A stretch of DNA of 64,000 nucleotides from an uncultured Pelagibacteraceae bacterium (GTDB lineage Bacteria; Pseudomonadota; Alphaproteobacteria; Pelagibacterales; Pelagibacteraceae): assembly GCA_902521615.1 (NCBI GenBank), contig CABYSJ010000001.1, forward strand, positions 124,732-188,731, read 5' to 3'. The notes below the pieces were generated by a model that saw only the letters and a program-made list of their open reading frames with translations, was not told the origin of the DNA and did not search any database. The translations under genes were made by a program, and so were the position numbers. Below are positions 21,833-35,308 of the stretch, piece by piece (within the stretch, counting starts at the first letter, position 1; each line of letters begins with the position of its first letter).

Positions 21833-22457
21833 CTATTTTAACTCCCTTGTTACTCTGAACTTCTAACACCTCAACACCTTCTACTCTTTCTCTAGATATT
21901 TGTTTGATATAACTTTGTCTTTTGACTCCAGATCTTTGTCTAAAGGTTAATACTATGGCTCCAATCATAGCTACGAGCAGGATCATTCCACTTATTTGAA
22001 AAATATGAATATAATCAGTGTATAAAATTTGGCCCAATGAATGAGTGTTGCTTACACTTGTATTAGCAAGTGAATTGTTAATATCAAAAATTTCAGGTTT
22101 ATATTTCCAGCCACCTATCACAATTATAATTTCAAAGAAAATTAATGTGCTTATAATTAAACCAATTGGAATGTGTTTAGAGGTTGATTGACCTGCAAAC
22201 CATTGATTTTTTTGTTGAGCTACGTTTAACATCATAACAACAAACAAAAATAAAACTGCTACAGCACCAACATAAACAATTAGCATTATCATTCCCAAAA
22301 ATTCAGCACCAATCATTATGAAAAGACAAGAGATACTTATGAAATCAAGAATTAAGAAAAATACCGAGTGAACAGTATTTTTAGAAGCTGTTACCATTAT
22401 AGCTGAAACGACAGCAATTATAGAAAATGTATAAAAAAAAATAGCGTGTGCAATCAT
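21825..22457 (-). CDS. nuoJ: NADH-quinone oxidoreductase subunit J
   Basis: [28 protein letters not shown]. Confidence 0.96.
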   Translation of the reverse strand: MIAHAIFFYTFSIIAVVSAIMVTASKNTVHSVFFLILDFISISCLFIMIGAEFLGMIMLIVYVGAVAVLFLFVVMMLNVAQQKNQWFAGQSTSKHIPIGLIISTLIFFEIIIVIGGWKYKPEIFDINNSLANTSVSNTHSLGQILYTDYIHIFQISGMILLVAMIGAIVLTFRQRSGVKRQSYIKQISRERVEGVEVLEVQSNKGVKIDD

Positions 22458-22459
22458 TT

Positions 22460-22945
22460 TTATCTATGGATATTGTCAGCTTTAATATTAGCCTCCAAAA
22501 CATTCTCCCATCTATCACCATTATCTAATAATTTTTCTTTTGTGTAATAAAGTTCTTCTCTAGTTTCCGTTGAAAACTCAAAATTTGGACCTTGTACTAT
22601 AGCATCTACTGGGCAAGATTCTTCACATAAACCACAATAAATACACTTCATCATATCAATATCATAACGTGTTGTTTTTCTACTTCCATCTTCTCTTTCG
22701 GCTGACTCGATTGTTATTGCCTGTGCTGGGCAAACTGCTTCACATAATTTACAAGCAATACATCTTTCTTCTCCATTTGGATACCTTCTCAAAGCATGCT
22801 CACCTCTAAAACGGGGACTAATTTTACCTTTTTCAAATGGATAATTAATTGTTTTTTTTGATTTAAATAATTCTTTTATAGCAATTAACAAACCACCAAT
22901 GAAGTCTATCATCAATATAGTTTTAAAAAATCTTGATATCCTCAT
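22460..22945 (-). CDS. nuoI: NADH-quinone oxidoreductase subunit I
   Basis: Two 4Fe-4S motifs, [12 protein letters not shown] and [12 protein letters not shown]. Confidence 0.98.
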   Translation of the reverse strand: MRISRFFKTILMIDFIGGLLIAIKELFKSKKTINYPFEKGKISPRFRGEHALRRYPNGEERCIACKLCEAVCPAQAITIESAEREDGSRKTTRYDIDMMKCIYCGLCEESCPVDAIVQGPNFEFSTETREELYYTKEKLLDNGDRWENVLEANIKADNIHR

Positions 22946-22947
22946 TA

Positions 22948-23946
22948 TTAATTCACAGGTAAAAGGTTAAAATAAAACAAATAGCTAGCTGTTAATACCA
23001 CCCAAATTAAAGAAAGAGGAAGAAAAACTTTCCAACCAAGTCTCATTAATTGGTCATATCTATATCTAGGTACTATCGCCTTAACTAACGCAAAAAGAAT
23101 GAATAAAAGAAGAATTTTTAATATTAACCATAATGCACCTGGCACTAAAGTAAATGGATAAACATCAATTGGGGACATCCAGCCACCTAAAAATAATATT
23201 GCTCCCATCGCACACATCAATAAAATGTTTGCATACTCACCCAACCAAAACATTGCATACATCATTCCTGAATATTCTGTTTGGTAACCGGCAACCAGCT
23301 CTGCTTCTGCCTCAGGTAAATCAAAAGGAGGTCTATTCGTTTCAGCTAAAGCGGAAATAAAAAATATTACAAACATTGGAAATAATGGAATTACAAACCA
23401 CATATTTTGTTGAGCAATAACGATATCGTTTAAATTCAGTGAACCAACACAAAGTAAAACATTGATAATAATTACCCCAATTGAAACTTCATAAGATACC
23501 ATTTGAGCAGCAGAACGAATTGCTCCTAGAAAAGGATATTTAGAATTGGATGCCCAGCCTCCCATTATTATTCCATAAACACCGAGTGAAGAAACAGCAA
23601 ATAAGTAAAGAATTCCAACGTTGATATCAGCCAAAACTTGAGTTGCACTAAATGGAATTACAGCCCATGCGATCAAAGCTAAAGTCATCGTAACTATGGG
23701 AGCTAGTATGAAAATCACTTTATTTGAACTAGATGGAATAATAATTTCTTTAAATATATATTTTAAAGCATCAGCTAAAGATTGCAATAAACCGAACGGA
23801 CCAACAACATTAGGTCCTTGTCTTTTTTGAACAAAAGCCCAAACTCTTCTATCAAGCCAAACAATCATTGCTACAGAAACAAGAACAGGAATTAGTAAGA
23901 ATAAAATCTTATAAACTTCTTGAAAAACTATGTTTAAGTATTCCAT
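22948..23946 (-). CDS. nuoH: NADH-quinone oxidoreductase subunit H
   Basis: [42 protein letters not shown]. Confidence 0.98.
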   Translation of the reverse strand: MEYLNIVFQEVYKILFLLIPVLVSVAMIVWLDRRVWAFVQKRQGPNVVGPFGLLQSLADALKYIFKEIIIPSSSNKVIFILAPIVTMTLALIAWAVIPFSATQVLADINVGILYLFAVSSLGVYGIIMGGWASNSKYPFLGAIRSAAQMVSYEVSIGVIIINVLLCVGSLNLNDIVIAQQNMWFVIPLFPMFVIFFISALAETNRPPFDLPEAEAELVAGYQTEYSGMMYAMFWLGEYANILLMCAMGAILFLGGWMSPIDVYPFTLVPGALWLILKILLLFILFALVKAIVPRYRYDQLMRLGWKVFLPLSLIWVVLTASYLFYFNLLPVN

Positions 23947-23947
23947 A

Positions 23948-25975
23948 TTAACCTTCTGTACCTGTTGATTTTATATTTAATTTTGAATTATTACATTCAA
24001 CCATTGTTTTTGATGATCTAGCAATAACATTTGAAAAATAATAGTCTTTTACTTTGATTGTTAAAATTTCATTTTGAAACTCATTTGTAGAACTATTAAT
24101 GTCATTTACTTGTTTTTCCTTTTGTAAATTTAAATAATTAAACATGCTGCTTTCTAATTCATCTTTGTCATTAAATAATTTTCTATTATTCATAAATTCA
24201 GCAAGTTCGTTAATTATTTGCCAATCCTCTTTTGCCTCACCTGGTGGATATGACGCTTTAAAGGCTTTTTGAATTTTTCCTTCTAAATTAGTGAAATATC
24301 CGTCTTGTTCAGTATAAGCGGCGCCTGGTAAAATTATATCTGCTGACTCAGCACCCTTGTCACCATGGCTACCTTGATAAATTATGAATTCATTACTTTT
24401 ATCAAATTCTAAATTGTCTTGACCTACAAGATAAACAATATCAAATTTATGCTCTTTTAAATCACTTATTAAATTATTTTCATTATTAATTATTCCAAGA
24501 TCAAAATTTCCTACTGTCGCTGCATCGGTTGATAAAATATTTAAAGAATTCCATTCATCAGAAATTTTATTATTTTTTGATAAAAATTCTTTTGTTTTAT
24601 TAAATAAAAATTCTGAAGACTTTAATCTAAGTAGAGACTCGCCAATAATGATTATTGGTTTTTTTGAACCTATAATTTCTTTAGATATATCATGATTTCC
24701 TTCAAGAATATTATTTAAAGTTTGAGTTTGACCATCTAAACTTAGATAAGGATAAGTTAAATCACCAACATCATTAAGTGAAATTATTTTTGTATTGTTG
24801 CTTAAGTAAGCTTTTCTAATTCTAGCATTTAAAATAGTTGCTTCATATCTAGGGTTTGCGCCTGCTATAAAAATTAAATCTGCTTCTTCAATGCCATTTA
24901 TAGAAGAATTAAATAAATAGTTCTCTCTTTTTGAATTATTTATAAATCTGTTATCAGATCTTGAATCGTAATTTTTAGTATCAATTGTTCGATCAAAAAA
25001 TTCTTTAAAGATATAACTGGTCTCCATATTAGTTAAATCCCCAACAAAACCACATATTTTTTCTTTTGATGTGTTTTCAAATTTAGATTTAATAATTTTA
25101 TACACTTCATCCCATGAGGCTTTTTCAAACTTGCCGTTGTATTTAATTAATGGAGTATCTAATCTTTGATGTAAAAGACCATCACAAGCATATCTAGTTT
25201 TGTCTGAGATCCATTCCTCATTAATATCTTCATTTATAATTGGAAGCACTCTTTTGACTTCCCAATCATATGTATCTACTCTTACATTTGATCCAATTGC
25301 ATCCATTACATCAATTGTTTCTGTTTTCTTTAGTTCCCATGGTCTTGCTTCAAATACATAAGGTTTTGATGTTAGGGCCCCTACTGGACATAAATCTACA
25401 ACGTTAGCAGACAATTCAGATTGCATTGATTGTTCTAGATAAGTTGTAATTTGCATATCTTCACCTCTTCCAATAGCGCCAAGCTCTGGAACTCCCGCAA
25501 CTTCTGTTGCAAATCTCACACATCTCGTACAGTGAATACATCTTGTCATTTGAGTTTTAATCAATGGTCCCATATTTTTTTCAGGAACAGATCTTTTATT
25601 TTCTTTAAATCTTGATTTGTCTACCCCATAGTACATTGATTGATCTTGAAGATCACATTCACCACCTTGATCACATACTGGACAATCCAAGGGATGGTTT
25701 GCTAATAAAAATTCCATTACACCCTTACGAGCTTTTTCTACTACAGCAGTATTTGTTTTAATATTCATACCCTCTGCAGCTGGCATAGCGCATGAAGCAA
25801 TTGGTTTAGGAGATTTTTCCATTTCAACTAAACACATTCTACAATTACCTGCTATCGATAATTTTTCATGGTAACAAAATCTTGGAATTTCCACTCCAGC
25901 TTTTTCACAAGCTTGAAGGACAGTTAAACCTTCTTCAACTTCAACCTCGATTTCATTTACTTTTAATTTAAGCAT
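23948..25975 (-). CDS. nuoG: NADH-quinone oxidoreductase subunit G
   Basis: [43 protein letters not shown]. Confidence 0.98.
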   Translation of the reverse strand: MLKLKVNEIEVEVEEGLTVLQACEKAGVEIPRFCYHEKLSIAGNCRMCLVEMEKSPKPIASCAMPAAEGMNIKTNTAVVEKARKGVMEFLLANHPLDCPVCDQGGECDLQDQSMYYGVDKSRFKENKRSVPEKNMGPLIKTQMTRCIHCTRCVRFATEVAGVPELGAIGRGEDMQITTYLEQSMQSELSANVVDLCPVGALTSKPYVFEARPWELKKTETIDVMDAIGSNVRVDTYDWEVKRVLPIINEDINEEWISDKTRYACDGLLHQRLDTPLIKYNGKFEKASWDEVYKIIKSKFENTSKEKICGFVGDLTNMETSYIFKEFFDRTIDTKNYDSRSDNRFINNSKRENYLFNSSINGIEEADLIFIAGANPRYEATILNARIRKAYLSNNTKIISLNDVGDLTYPYLSLDGQTQTLNNILEGNHDISKEIIGSKKPIIIIGESLLRLKSSEFLFNKTKEFLSKNNKISDEWNSLNILSTDAATVGNFDLGIINNENNLISDLKEHKFDIVYLVGQDNLEFDKSNEFIIYQGSHGDKGAESADIILPGAAYTEQDGYFTNLEGKIQKAFKASYPPGEAKEDWQIINELAEFMNNRKLFNDKDELESSMFNYLNLQKEKQVNDINSSTNEFQNEILTIKVKDYYFSNVIARSSKTMVECNNSKLNIKSTGTEG

Positions 25976-27299
25976 TTTTTTTATCTAATAAATGTTGATC
26001 TACTAAATATGGAATATTGTTTTTCTTTTGAACAACAGGATCCAAATTATTTCTTTTCTCAATTTCTTTTTTAAAATGTCTAAGTAATCCTTGAACTGGC
26101 CAGGATGAACCTTCCCCAAATGCACAAATAGTGTGTCCTGCTATTTGATTTGTAACATCTCCTAGCATATCCACCTCATCTTTGGTTGCATCTCCATTTG
26201 CCATTCTCTCAAGCATTCTCCACATCCAACCGGAACCCTCTCTACATGGTGTACATTGTCCACAACTTTCATGTTTATAAAATCTTGCTATTCTTGCCAT
26301 GCATTTAATTATGTCCTGATCTTTATTAATAACAACTATGCCTGCTGTTCCTAAACCACTTTTCTCAGCCATAAGTGAGTCAAAATCCATAGTTAATGTT
26401 TCACATTTCTCTTTTGGAATTAGAGGCATTGAAGAACCTCCAGGTATTACAGCCTGTAAATTTTCCCATCCACCAATTACTCCACCAGCATGAACTTCAA
26501 TTAATTCTTTTAAAGGAATGTTCATTTCTTCCTCAACATTGCAGGGTGTATTTACATTTCCAGATATACAAAATATTTTTGTCCCTGTATTTTTTTCTCT
26601 TCCAAGAGAAGCAAACCATTTTCCACCTCTTCTAAGAATTGTTGGGACTACAGCTATAGTTTCTACGTTATTAATAATAGTTGGACATCCATAAAGTCCA
26701 ATCAAAGCAGGGAATGGTGGTTTTAATCTAGGTTGTCCTTTTTTACCTTCGATACTTTCTAATAAAGCTGTTTCCTCTCCACAAATATATGCACCAGCAC
26801 CATAATGAATATAAATATCTAAATCCCAACCAGTACCTGCTGCATTTTTACCTAAGAGTTTTTTCTCATAAGCTTCATCTATTGCTGCTTGAAGTTTTTG
26901 ACCATCAACAAAATATTCTCCTCTTATGTAAATATAACAAACATGTGCTTGCACTGCATAGGATGCTATTAAACAACCTTCTATCAACTTGTGAGGTTCA
27001 AATCTTAAAATATCTCTATCTTTACAAGTTCCTGGTTCAGACTCATCACCGTTAATAACTAAGTAATGTGGTCTGGATCCAACTTCTTTTGGTGCAAATG
27101 ACCATTTTAAACCTGTGGGAAATCCCGCCCCACCTCGACCTCTTAATTGAGATTCTTTAATTTCATTTATTATCCAATCTCTTCCTTTGTCAGTAATTTC
27201 TTTTGTATTTACCCAATCGCCTCTTTCTTTTGATGAAGATACATCTGAGCCTTTGTCATTATATAAATTTTGAAAAATTCTATCTTGATCTTTAAGCAT
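25968..27299 (-). CDS. nuoF: NADH-quinone oxidoreductase subunit F
   Basis: [40 protein letters not shown]. Confidence 0.98.
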   Translation of the reverse strand: MLKDQDRIFQNLYNDKGSDVSSSKERGDWVNTKEITDKGRDWIINEIKESQLRGRGGAGFPTGLKWSFAPKEVGSRPHYLVINGDESEPGTCKDRDILRFEPHKLIEGCLIASYAVQAHVCYIYIRGEYFVDGQKLQAAIDEAYEKKLLGKNAAGTGWDLDIYIHYGAGAYICGEETALLESIEGKKGQPRLKPPFPALIGLYGCPTIINNVETIAVVPTILRRGGKWFASLGREKNTGTKIFCISGNVNTPCNVEEEMNIPLKELIEVHAGGVIGGWENLQAVIPGGSSMPLIPKEKCETLTMDFDSLMAEKSGLGTAGIVVINKDQDIIKCMARIARFYKHESCGQCTPCREGSGWMWRMLERMANGDATKDEVDMLGDVTNQIAGHTICAFGEGSSWPVQGLLRHFKKEIEKRNNLDPVVQKKNNIPYLVDQHLLDKKNA

Positions 27300-27900
27300 T
27301 TTTTAAATCCATTAAGGTTTTCCTGTTATTTTCTGGTTCATTATTAACTCTTCCTCTATACGAGCCAGGTTTTGGAGTTTCTCCATTTAAAATTTTATCT
27401 AAAATATCTAAAGTTTTTTGTTTGTCTAAATCTTCATAATAGTCATCATTAATTTGCATCATTGGTGCATTGACACATGCACCTAAACATTCAACTTCCA
27501 TCCATGAGCAGCTTTTATCATTAGATAATTCACACTCATTTTCAGAAATTTTTTCCTTACAAGCCTCAACTAATTGATTTGCACCTCTTATCATACAAGG
27601 TGTTGTTGTGCATACTTGAACAAGATATTTACCCACAGGAGCTAAATTATACATTGTGTAAAAAGTAGCCACCTCATAAACTTTAATATAAGGCATATCT
27701 AAAAACTTAGCGATGTACTTCATTGCAGCTAATGGTATCCAATTATTATTTTGTTTTTGAGCTATATAAAGTAAAGACATAACAGCACTTTGCTGTTTAC
27801 CTTTAGGATATTTTGTAACAATAACATTTGCTGCTTCCAATGATGAAGCATTGAATTCAAAACTTTCTGGCTGATCTTTTGCAGGTCTTCTTAAACTCAT
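27292..27900 (-). CDS. nuoE: NADH-quinone oxidoreductase subunit E
   Basis: [18 protein letters not shown] (2Fe-2S). Confidence 0.97.
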   Translation of the reverse strand: MSLRRPAKDQPESFEFNASSLEAANVIVTKYPKGKQQSAVMSLLYIAQKQNNNWIPLAAMKYIAKFLDMPYIKVYEVATFYTMYNLAPVGKYLVQVCTTTPCMIRGANQLVEACKEKISENECELSNDKSCSWMEVECLGACVNAPMMQINDDYYEDLDKQKTLDILDKILNGETPKPGSYRGRVNNEPENNRKTLMDLKNA

Positions 27901-29072
27901 CTGTCTACCTCTCCAAAAACAATATCCAAAGAACCTAATACCGCAGGAACATCGGCTAACATATGGCCTTTAATTAGATAATCCATTGATTGCAAATGTG
28001 AAAACCCTGGTGCCCTTATTTTACATTTGTAAGGTTTACTTGATCCGTCAGATATTAAGTAAACTCCAAATTCTCCTTTTGGCGCCTCAACAGCTGTATA
28101 AATTTCATCTTTTGGAACTCTGTATCCCTCTGTAAAAAGTTTAAAATGATGTATTAAAGCTTCCATTGATTGTTTGATTTCTGCCTTAGGTGGAGGGCTA
28201 ATCTTACCATCTAATGATTTAATTGGACCTTTTTCCATTTTAGCAAGACATTGTTTGATAATTGAAACACTTTCTTTCATTTCTTCAATTCTGCATAAAT
28301 ATCTGTCGTAACAATCTCCGTTTTTTCCAACTGGAATTTTAAAGTCTAAACTTTCATAGCAGTCATAAGGTTGAGATTTTCTTAAATCCCATGGAACACC
28401 TGAGCCTCTAATCATAACTCCTGAAAAAGAATAATTTAGTGCGTCTTCTTTTGTCACTACACCAATATCAACATTTCTTTGTTTAAAAATTCTATTATCG
28501 GTTAGTAAACTTTCTAAATCATTAATTATTTTCGGAAACGTTTCACAAAATTTTGCAATATCTTCCTCTAAACCTTTTGGCAAATCTTGATGAACACCTC
28601 CTGCTCTGAAATAATTTGCATGAAGTCTTGATCCTGATGCTCTTTCATAAAATGTCATTAACGTTTCTCTTTCCTCAAAACCCCAAAGAGAAGGTGTTAG
28701 TGCACCAACATCTAGAGCTTGAGTTGTAACATTTAAAATATGACTTAAGATTCTTCCAATTTCGCAAAATATTACTCTTATGTATTGTGCTCTAATTGGG
28801 ACATCTATTTTAAGTATTTTTTCAACAGCTAGTGCGAAAGCATGCTCTTGGTTCATTGGTGCTACATAATCTAAACGATCAAAATAAGGAACTGCCTGCA
28901 TATAGGTTTTGTTTTCTATAAGTTTTTCTGTTCCTCTATGAAGTAAACCAATATGTGGATCTGCCTTCTCAACCACCTCTCCATCAAGCTCAAGGATTAA
29001 TCTAAGCACACCATGGGCTGCAGGGTGTTGTGGTCCAAAATTTAAATTTAAATTTTTAATTTTTTTTGTCAT
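27897..29072 (-). CDS. nuoD: NADH-quinone oxidoreductase subunit D (start moved to ATG 29072, MTKKIKN)
   Basis: [33 protein letters not shown]; the track's extra N-terminus overlaps nuoC. Confidence 0.96.
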   Translation of the reverse strand: MTKKIKNLNLNFGPQHPAAHGVLRLILELDGEVVEKADPHIGLLHRGTEKLIENKTYMQAVPYFDRLDYVAPMNQEHAFALAVEKILKIDVPIRAQYIRVIFCEIGRILSHILNVTTQALDVGALTPSLWGFEERETLMTFYERASGSRLHANYFRAGGVHQDLPKGLEEDIAKFCETFPKIINDLESLLTDNRIFKQRNVDIGVVTKEDALNYSFSGVMIRGSGVPWDLRKSQPYDCYESLDFKIPVGKNGDCYDRYLCRIEEMKESVSIIKQCLAKMEKGPIKSLDGKISPPPKAEIKQSMEALIHHFKLFTEGYRVPKDEIYTAVEAPKGEFGVYLISDGSSKPYKCKIRAPGFSHLQSMDYLIKGHMLADVPAVLGSLDIVFGEVDR

Positions 29073-29661
29073 TACTCTCAATTTCTTCTTTAATGTATTT
29101 TGTTCCTTCCCAAGGACTTTCGTAATCGAAATTTCTATAATTTTGCTCAAGCTTCACTGGTTCGCTAATTACTTTTTTTTGATCTTCGCTATATCTGACT
29201 TCTGAGTGACCCGTTAATGGAAAATCTTTTCTTAATGGGTGACCTTCAAATCCATAATCAGTTAGTATTCTTCTTAAATCTGGATGATCCTTAAAAGATA
29301 CGCCATACATATCAAATACTTCTCTTTCCATCCAGTTTGCTGATGGAAAAATACTAGTTAATGATGGAATAACTTCGTTTTCAGAAATTAAATATTTTAC
29401 AATTAATCTTTGATTAAATTCATGACTTAAAAAAAGGTATATTACTTCAAACCTTTGATTTTGTTCAGGATAATCAACAACTGTTATATCTATTAGTTGT
29501 CTAAATTTAGTATCTTGATTAGTTTTTAAAAATATAGCAACATCAATAAAGTCTTCTTTATCTGTTTCAATATATATTTGATTATGTTTTATTTTTGTAT
29601 TGTTAATTTTGGTAGTTAACTCAGAATTAATTTTTTTTTCTAAATCCTCTAAATTTTTCAT
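29056..29661 (-). CDS. nuoC: NADH-quinone oxidoreductase subunit C
   Basis: [36 protein letters not shown]. Confidence 0.97.
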   Translation of the reverse strand: MKNLEDLEKKINSELTTKINNTKIKHNQIYIETDKEDFIDVAIFLKTNQDTKFRQLIDITVVDYPEQNQRFEVIYLFLSHEFNQRLIVKYLISENEVIPSLTSIFPSANWMEREVFDMYGVSFKDHPDLRRILTDYGFEGHPLRKDFPLTGHSEVRYSEDQKKVISEPVKLEQNYRNFDYESPWEGTKYIKEEIESNDKKN

Positions 29662-29663
29662 AA

Positions 29664-30179
29664 CTATCTAATAAAAGATCCTTTTTTTCTAATTTTTTTT
29701 TGTAATTGAAGTATTCCATACAACAGCGCCTCTGCTGATGGAGGACATCCTGGTACGTAAACATCTACAGGAACAATTCGATCACAACCTCTTACAACTG
29801 AATATGAATAATGGTAATACCCACCTCCATTTGCGCAGCTACCCATTGAAATCACATATCTTGGTTCAGGCATCTGGTCATAAACTTTTCTTAAAGCAGG
29901 CGCCATTTTATTTGTCAAGGTTCCTGCAACTATCATTACATCTGATTGTCTTGGGGAACCTCTTGGAGCAGCTCCAAATCTTTCTAAATCATATCTTGGC
30001 ATAGCTGTTTGCATCATTTCAACAGCACAACAAGCTAAACCAAAGGTCATCCAATGAAGTGATCCTGATCTTGACCAGTTAATCAAATTATCAAAAGAGG
30101 TTGTTATAAAACCATTCTTACTAAAATCCTCTGCAAGTTGTTTAAATTCCTCAGGAACTTGATCTATTTTATTATTCAT
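29664..30179 (-). CDS. nuoB: NADH-quinone oxidoreductase subunit B
   Basis: [26 protein letters not shown]. Confidence 0.98.
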   Translation of the reverse strand: MNNKIDQVPEEFKQLAEDFSKNGFITTSFDNLINWSRSGSLHWMTFGLACCAVEMMQTAMPRYDLERFGAAPRGSPRQSDVMIVAGTLTNKMAPALRKVYDQMPEPRYVISMGSCANGGGYYHYSYSVVRGCDRIVPVDVYVPGCPPSAEALLYGILQLQKKIRKKGSFIR

Positions 30180-30194
30180 TGTGATTTATAATTT

Positions 30195-30563
30195 TTATTC
30201 CCAGTCTAAAGCGCCTTTTTTCCATTCATAAATAAAACCTATTGTAAGTATGAACAAAAAAATCATCATTGATGAAAAACCTAATAATCCAATATTTCCA
30301 AGAGATATTGCCCATGGAAATAAAAATGCTATCTCTAAATCAAAAATAATAAATAGAATTGCAACTAAATAAAATCTCACATCAAATTCCATTCTTGAAT
30401 CCTCGAAAGGTTCAAAACCACACTCATAAGCTGAAAGTTTTTCAGGATCAGGTTTTTTTGGTGAAAGAATAAAGTTTACAACCACAAAAGCACAACTTAA
30501 TCCGAGAGCTAATACTAAAAATATTATTATTGGTAAGTAATCTTTTAAAAAATCAGATAACAT
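30195..30563 (-). CDS. nuoA: NADH-quinone oxidoreductase subunit A
   Basis: [37 protein letters not shown]. Confidence 0.98.
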   Translation of the reverse strand: MLSDFLKDYLPIIIFLVLALGLSCAFVVVNFILSPKKPDPEKLSAYECGFEPFEDSRMEFDVRFYLVAILFIIFDLEIAFLFPWAISLGNIGLLGFSSMMIFLFILTIGFIYEWKKGALDWE

Positions 30564-30650
30564 GAAAATCTATATATCAGTTTTTATCTGTTGTTGAAGG
30601 GCTGATACGTCACATTTTTATTAATATTAACATAAAAAAATGCGAAAAAG

Positions 30651-30727
30651 TGGCGGGAGTGAAGGGACTCGAACCCTCGACCTATCGCGTGACAGGCGAT
30701 CGCTCTAACCAACTGAGCTACACCCCC
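30651..30727 (-). tRNA. tRNA-Asp(GUC), CCA encoded
   Basis: GGGGGTG/CACTCCC acceptor stem, TAGCTCAGTTGG D arm, anticodon loop CT-GTC-AC, GGTTCGAGTCC T arm; 77 nt. Confidence 0.97.
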
Positions 30728-30739
30728 ACTTTGTTGTTT

Positions 30740-30815
30740 TGGTGGGCAGTAAAGGACTCGAACCTTTGACCCCCTCGGTGTAAACGAGATGCTCTACCAA
30801 CTGAGCTAACCGCCC
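30740..30815 (-). tRNA. tRNA-Val(UAC), CCA encoded
   Basis: GGGCGGT/ACTGCCC acceptor stem, anticodon loop TT-TAC-AC, GGTTCGAGTCC; 76 nt. Confidence 0.97.
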
Positions 30816-30864
30816 AAAACAAGGCTACTTATTACATCAACACTTAAATAATGTAAATTAATTA

Positions 30865-33243
30865 TTATTGAATACTAGCTTGTGATTTATCGTCTTTTTT
30901 AGATATATCGACCTCAACCCACTCTGTAGGTTTAAGTTCTTTTGTTAAAGCTATTTTTACAACCTGATCTGCATATTCAACTGGTGTAATTTTTATATCG
31001 TCTATAATTTTTTTAGGCATATCCACTAGATCTTTTTCATTCTCTTTAGGAATTAAAACTTCTTTTATTCCAGCTCTGTGTGCTGCTAATAATTTTTCTT
31101 TCAAACCACCAATTGGTAATACTTGGCCTGTTAAAGTTACTTCACCAGTCATAGCAACATCTCTTCTTACAGGTATGTTGGTAATTGATGAGACGATAGA
31201 TGTTACCATTCCTATACCAGCTGACGGTCCATCTTTTGGCGTTGCTCCTTCAGGAACATGAATATGAAAATCTTTTTTTTCAAAAATAGGGGGAATAATT
31301 CCATATTCTAAACATTTTGATCTTACAAAAGATTTTGCAGCTTTTACTGACTCTTGCATAACATCACCTAATTTACCAGTAATTTGCATTCTTCCTTTTC
31401 CTGGCATTGTAACTGTCTCTATTTTTAAAATTTCTCCACCATATTCAGTCCAAGCAAGTCCAGTTACTATACCTACTCTATTCTCAGTCTCTAATTCTCC
31501 AAACTTAAACTTAGGAACACCTAAAAAATCAGATAAATTTTTATTATTAATTCCAACTTCTTTTTCTTCACCAGCTACAATTTTTTTAACAACTTTTCTT
31601 GCAAGTTTAGAAATTTCTCTTTCAAGATTTCTTACACCTGACTCTTTTGTATATCCTCTTATAACTTCTTTAATAATTTCATCGTCCAGCTTCATCTCTT
31701 TTTCTTTTACACCGTTATCTTTGATTTGTTTTGGCAATAAATACTTGTTTGCGATACTAATTTTTTCATCCTCAGTGTAACCTGCTAATCTAATTACTTC
31801 CATTCTATCTAATAAAGGAGGTAAAATATTTAAGGTATTTGCAGTCGTTACAAACATCACATCAGATAAATCATAATCAACTTCTAGATAATGATCATTA
31901 AATGTTGTGTTCTGTTCAGGATCTAGAGCTTCTAATAATGCTGAAGACGGGTCTCCCCTATAATCATTTCCAATTTTATCAATTTCATCTAATAAAATTA
32001 ATGGATTTTTTGTTCCAGCTTTTTTCATCATCTGAATAATTTTTCCTGGCAAAGATCCTATATAAGTTCTTCTGTGACCCCGTATTTCCGCCTCATCTCT
32101 CATACCACCAACCGACATTCTAACAAATTCCCTGTTTGTAGCTTTTGCAATTGATTTTCCTAATGAGGTTTTTCCTACACCTGGAGGTCCAACTAAACAT
32201 AAGATTGGACCTTTAATTTTTTCCATTCTTTTTTGAACAGCTAAAAATTCTATTATTCTCTCTTTTACTTTTTCTAATCCAAAATGGTCTTTATCAAGAA
32301 TATCTAGAGCTTTCTTTAAATCTATATCTACTTCGCTTTTTTTATGCCAAGGAAGTTCAGTCATCCAATCTAAATAATTTCTCACAACTGTTGCCTCAGC
32401 AGACATAGGACTCATATTTTTTAATTTCTTTAATTCTTGTAAGCATTTCTTCTCTACCTCTTTTGGCATCTTCGCTTTTGTAATTGCTTTATTCAGACTG
32501 GTTGTTTCATCTTTACCATCTTCAATTTCACCAAGTTCTTTTTGAATAGCTTTTAGTTGCTCATTTAAATAATACTCTCTCTGTGTTTTTTCCATTTGAG
32601 TTTTAACTCTGCCTCTAATTCTTTTTTCAACACCAATAATACTTGTTTCATTTTCCATTATTTTAATAATGGCGTTTAATCTTTTCTTTACATCAACAGT
32701 TTCAAAAATTTGTTGTTTTTCAGAAATAGTGGCCGTTATATGAGATGCAATATTATCTGCAATTTGTGACGGATCTTTTAATTGTTTAATTGTGTTTATG
32801 GTTTCATTAGAAATTTTTTTATTTATAGATGTTAATTTTTCTAGTCTTCTTAAAGCTGTAGCAGCTAAAGGAAATAAATCCTCATCTTTAGGTGAAACAT
32901 CGTTATAGTGTGTGTAATCACATGTTATAAACTTTTCATTATCCTTAAAGTCTAAAATTTTTACTCTTTTAATACCTTCAACTAAAACTTTAACAGTTCC
33001 ATCAGGAAGCTTTAATAGTTGTAAAATACTTCCTTCACAACCATACATAAATACATCTGTTTTTTTAGGATCGTCAATTTCTGAATTTTTTTGCGTTACT
33101 AAAATAATTTTTTTATCTTTTTTCATCACTTCATTAAGTGCTGAAATAGATTTATCTCTACCTACAAACAGAGGAATTACCATGCTTGGAAAGACTACTA
33201 TGTCTCTCAATGGAAGTAAGGGTAGTGAAATTTTGACGTCCAT
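30865..33243 (-). CDS. lon: ATP-dependent protease Lon
   Basis: PLRDIVVFP, GPPGVGKTS, PKDGPSAG catalytic Ser, GGLKEK. Confidence 0.98.
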   Translation of the reverse strand: MDVKISLPLLPLRDIVVFPSMVIPLFVGRDKSISALNEVMKKDKKIILVTQKNSEIDDPKKTDVFMYGCEGSILQLLKLPDGTVKVLVEGIKRVKILDFKDNEKFITCDYTHYNDVSPKDEDLFPLAATALRRLEKLTSINKKISNETINTIKQLKDPSQIADNIASHITATISEKQQIFETVDVKKRLNAIIKIMENETSIIGVEKRIRGRVKTQMEKTQREYYLNEQLKAIQKELGEIEDGKDETTSLNKAITKAKMPKEVEKKCLQELKKLKNMSPMSAEATVVRNYLDWMTELPWHKKSEVDIDLKKALDILDKDHFGLEKVKERIIEFLAVQKRMEKIKGPILCLVGPPGVGKTSLGKSIAKATNREFVRMSVGGMRDEAEIRGHRRTYIGSLPGKIIQMMKKAGTKNPLILLDEIDKIGNDYRGDPSSALLEALDPEQNTTFNDHYLEVDYDLSDVMFVTTANTLNILPPLLDRMEVIRLAGYTEDEKISIANKYLLPKQIKDNGVKEKEMKLDDEIIKEVIRGYTKESGVRNLEREISKLARKVVKKIVAGEEKEVGINNKNLSDFLGVPKFKFGELETENRVGIVTGLAWTEYGGEILKIETVTMPGKGRMQITGKLGDVMQESVKAAKSFVRSKCLEYGIIPPIFEKKDFHIHVPEGATPKDGPSAGIGMVTSIVSSITNIPVRRDVAMTGEVTLTGQVLPIGGLKEKLLAAHRAGIKEVLIPKENEKDLVDMPKKIIDDIKITPVEYADQVVKIALTKELKPTEWVEVDISKKDDKSQASIQ

Positions 33244-33303
33244 ACGAACAATATGGATATTATATTTTATATTGCAATAGGTATTTGTTACTTATTAAGG
33301 ATA

Positions 33304-34572
33304 TTAAGCCGCTGTGGTCTTATTTGACTTAGTTTTATTGTCACCTTTAGAATGAACTAAGATTGGTTGTGATTGTCCTTTTGCTGCACCAGCATCAACA
33401 ATTACCTCTTCAATATTATCTTGACTAGGAAGGTCATACATTGTTTTAAGCAAAATATTTTCTAGAATTGATCTCAAACCTCTTGCTCCAGTTTTTTTAC
33501 TAATTGCTTTTTGCGCTATTTCTTTTAGTGCATTTTCCTTAAATGTTAGTTTAGCACCATCTAATTTAAACAACTCTTGATATTGCTTTGTTAAAGAATT
33601 TTTTGGTTCTTGTAATATTTTTATTAAAGATTTTTCATCTAAATCCTCAAGTGTTGCTATCATTGGGAGTCTTCCAATAAATTCTGGTATCAATCCAAAT
33701 TTTAATAAATCTTCTGGCTCTAAACCTTTCATCCATTCACCAGTTTTCTTATCTTGTGTATTTTTTACATCTGCACCAAAACCAATTGAAGTACCTTTAT
33801 CTCTTTGAGAAATTATTTTATCAAGCCCTGCAAAAGCTCCTCCGCAAATAAATAAAATATTTGTTGTATCAACTTGTAAAAATTCTTGTTGAGGGTGTTT
33901 TCTACCGCCCTGAGGAGGAACACTTGCAACTGTTCCCTCCATTATTTTAAGAAGAGCTTGCTGAACACCTTCACCAGATACATCTCTAGTGATTGATGGA
34001 TTTTCAGATTTTCTACTAATTTTATCAACCTCATCAATATAAACTATACCTCTTTGAGCTTTTTCAACGTTATAGTCAGATGCTTGTAACAATTTTAAAA
34101 TAATATTTTCAACATCTTCTCCAACATAACCTGCTTCTGTTAGAGTGGTTGCATCTGCCATAGTAAATGGAACATCAAGAATTCTAGCTAAGGTTTGTGC
34201 AAGCAATGTTTTTCCACAACCTGTGGGACCCACCAAAAGTATATTGGATTTTGATAGCTCAACATTTTTGCTTGTTTTGCTTTCGTAATTTAATCTTTTG
34301 TAATGATTATGAACTGCAACTGATAAAACTTTCTTAGCGTGAGATTGACCAATCACATAATCATCTAATACTGAACAAATTTCTTTTGGCGAAGGAAGGC
34401 CATCTTGATGTTTTACAAAAGTATCTTTACTTTCTTCTTTTATAATGTCCATACACAGCTCAACACATTCATCACAGATGAAAACAGTTGGACCAGCAAT
34501 CAACTTTCTTACTTCGTGTTGGCTCTTGCCGCAGAAAGAACAATAAAGAATATTTTTATTATTTGTTGACAT
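33304..34572 (-). CDS. clpX: Clp protease ATPase subunit
   Basis: CSFCGKSQ zinc finger, [19 protein letters not shown]. Confidence 0.98.
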   Translation of the reverse strand: MSTNNKNILYCSFCGKSQHEVRKLIAGPTVFICDECVELCMDIIKEESKDTFVKHQDGLPSPKEICSVLDDYVIGQSHAKKVLSVAVHNHYKRLNYESKTSKNVELSKSNILLVGPTGCGKTLLAQTLARILDVPFTMADATTLTEAGYVGEDVENIILKLLQASDYNVEKAQRGIVYIDEVDKISRKSENPSITRDVSGEGVQQALLKIMEGTVASVPPQGGRKHPQQEFLQVDTTNILFICGGAFAGLDKIISQRDKGTSIGFGADVKNTQDKKTGEWMKGLEPEDLLKFGLIPEFIGRLPMIATLEDLDEKSLIKILQEPKNSLTKQYQELFKLDGAKLTFKENALKEIAQKAISKKTGARGLRSILENILLKTMYDLPSQDNIEEVIVDAGAAKGQSQPILVHSKGDNKTKSNKTTAA

Positions 34573-34664
34573 TTTAATTTTTATAACGAATCAATTTAAT
34601 TACTTTATTATAGAAGACTCACCCTAATCAAGTTTCGATTAATAATGATTCAATATATAGTATA

Positions 34665-35276
34665 TTAAGATCTTTTTTCTACTACTTCGTCAATTAGACC
34701 AAATGATTGTGCGACATCTGCAGTCATAAAATTATCTCTTTCAAGAGCAGATTTTATTTCTTCAACACTTTTTCCAGTATGCTTTGAATAAATTTCATTG
34801 AGCCTTTTCTTTAAAGACAAAACTTCATTAGCGTGAATTTCAATATCAGTTGCTTGACCTTGAAAACCTGCTGATGGTTGGTGAACCATTATTCTTGAAT
34901 TTGGTAACGAAAATCTTTTCCCTTTTGTGCCAGCTGCAAGCAAAAAAGAACCCATGGAAGCTGCTTGGCCAATACATAAAGTAGATATGTCTGGCTTCAC
35001 ATATTGCATTGTATCATAGATACCAAGTCCTGCTGTAACCAAACCTCCAGGACTATTGATGTATAAATAAATTTCTTTTTTTGGGTCTTCAGCCTCTAAA
35101 AATAATAATTGAGCAGTAACTAGTGATGCAACATTGTCATTGATTTGACCTGTTAAAAAAATAATTCTTTCTTTTAATAATCTTGAATAAATATCATAAG
35201 CTCTTTCACCTTTGCTTGATTGCTCAACAACCATTGGTACTAGATTGCTCATATTTTCTGATAATTTTGTTGTCAT
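34665..35276 (-). CDS. clpP: Clp protease proteolytic subunit
   Basis: [29 protein letters not shown]. Confidence 0.98.
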   Translation of the reverse strand: MTTKLSENMSNLVPMVVEQSSKGERAYDIYSRLLKERIIFLTGQINDNVASLVTAQLLFLEAEDPKKEIYLYINSPGGLVTAGLGIYDTMQYVKPDISTLCIGQAASMGSFLLAAGTKGKRFSLPNSRIMVHQPSAGFQGQATDIEIHANEVLSLKKRLNEIYSKHTGKSVEEIKSALERDNFMTADVAQSFGLIDEVVEKRS

Positions 35277-35308
35277 AAGTTGATTCGTTCTACTTATACA
35301 ACTTGAGA

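Noticed and set aside
29073-29150. N-terminal extensions in the track for nuoD, and likewise the SDR (41384-41446) and M23 (48989-49051)
   Set aside because: They overlap upstream genes; internal ATGs give normal N-termini.
11981-30004. Short ORFs nested in lolE, rnj, birA and nuo genes (e.g. 14184, 14737, 16319, 17579, 18341, 18632, 19693, 23154, 26396, 26789, 29738)
   Set aside because: Fully inside well-conserved genes on the other strand or frame, with no recognisable motifs.
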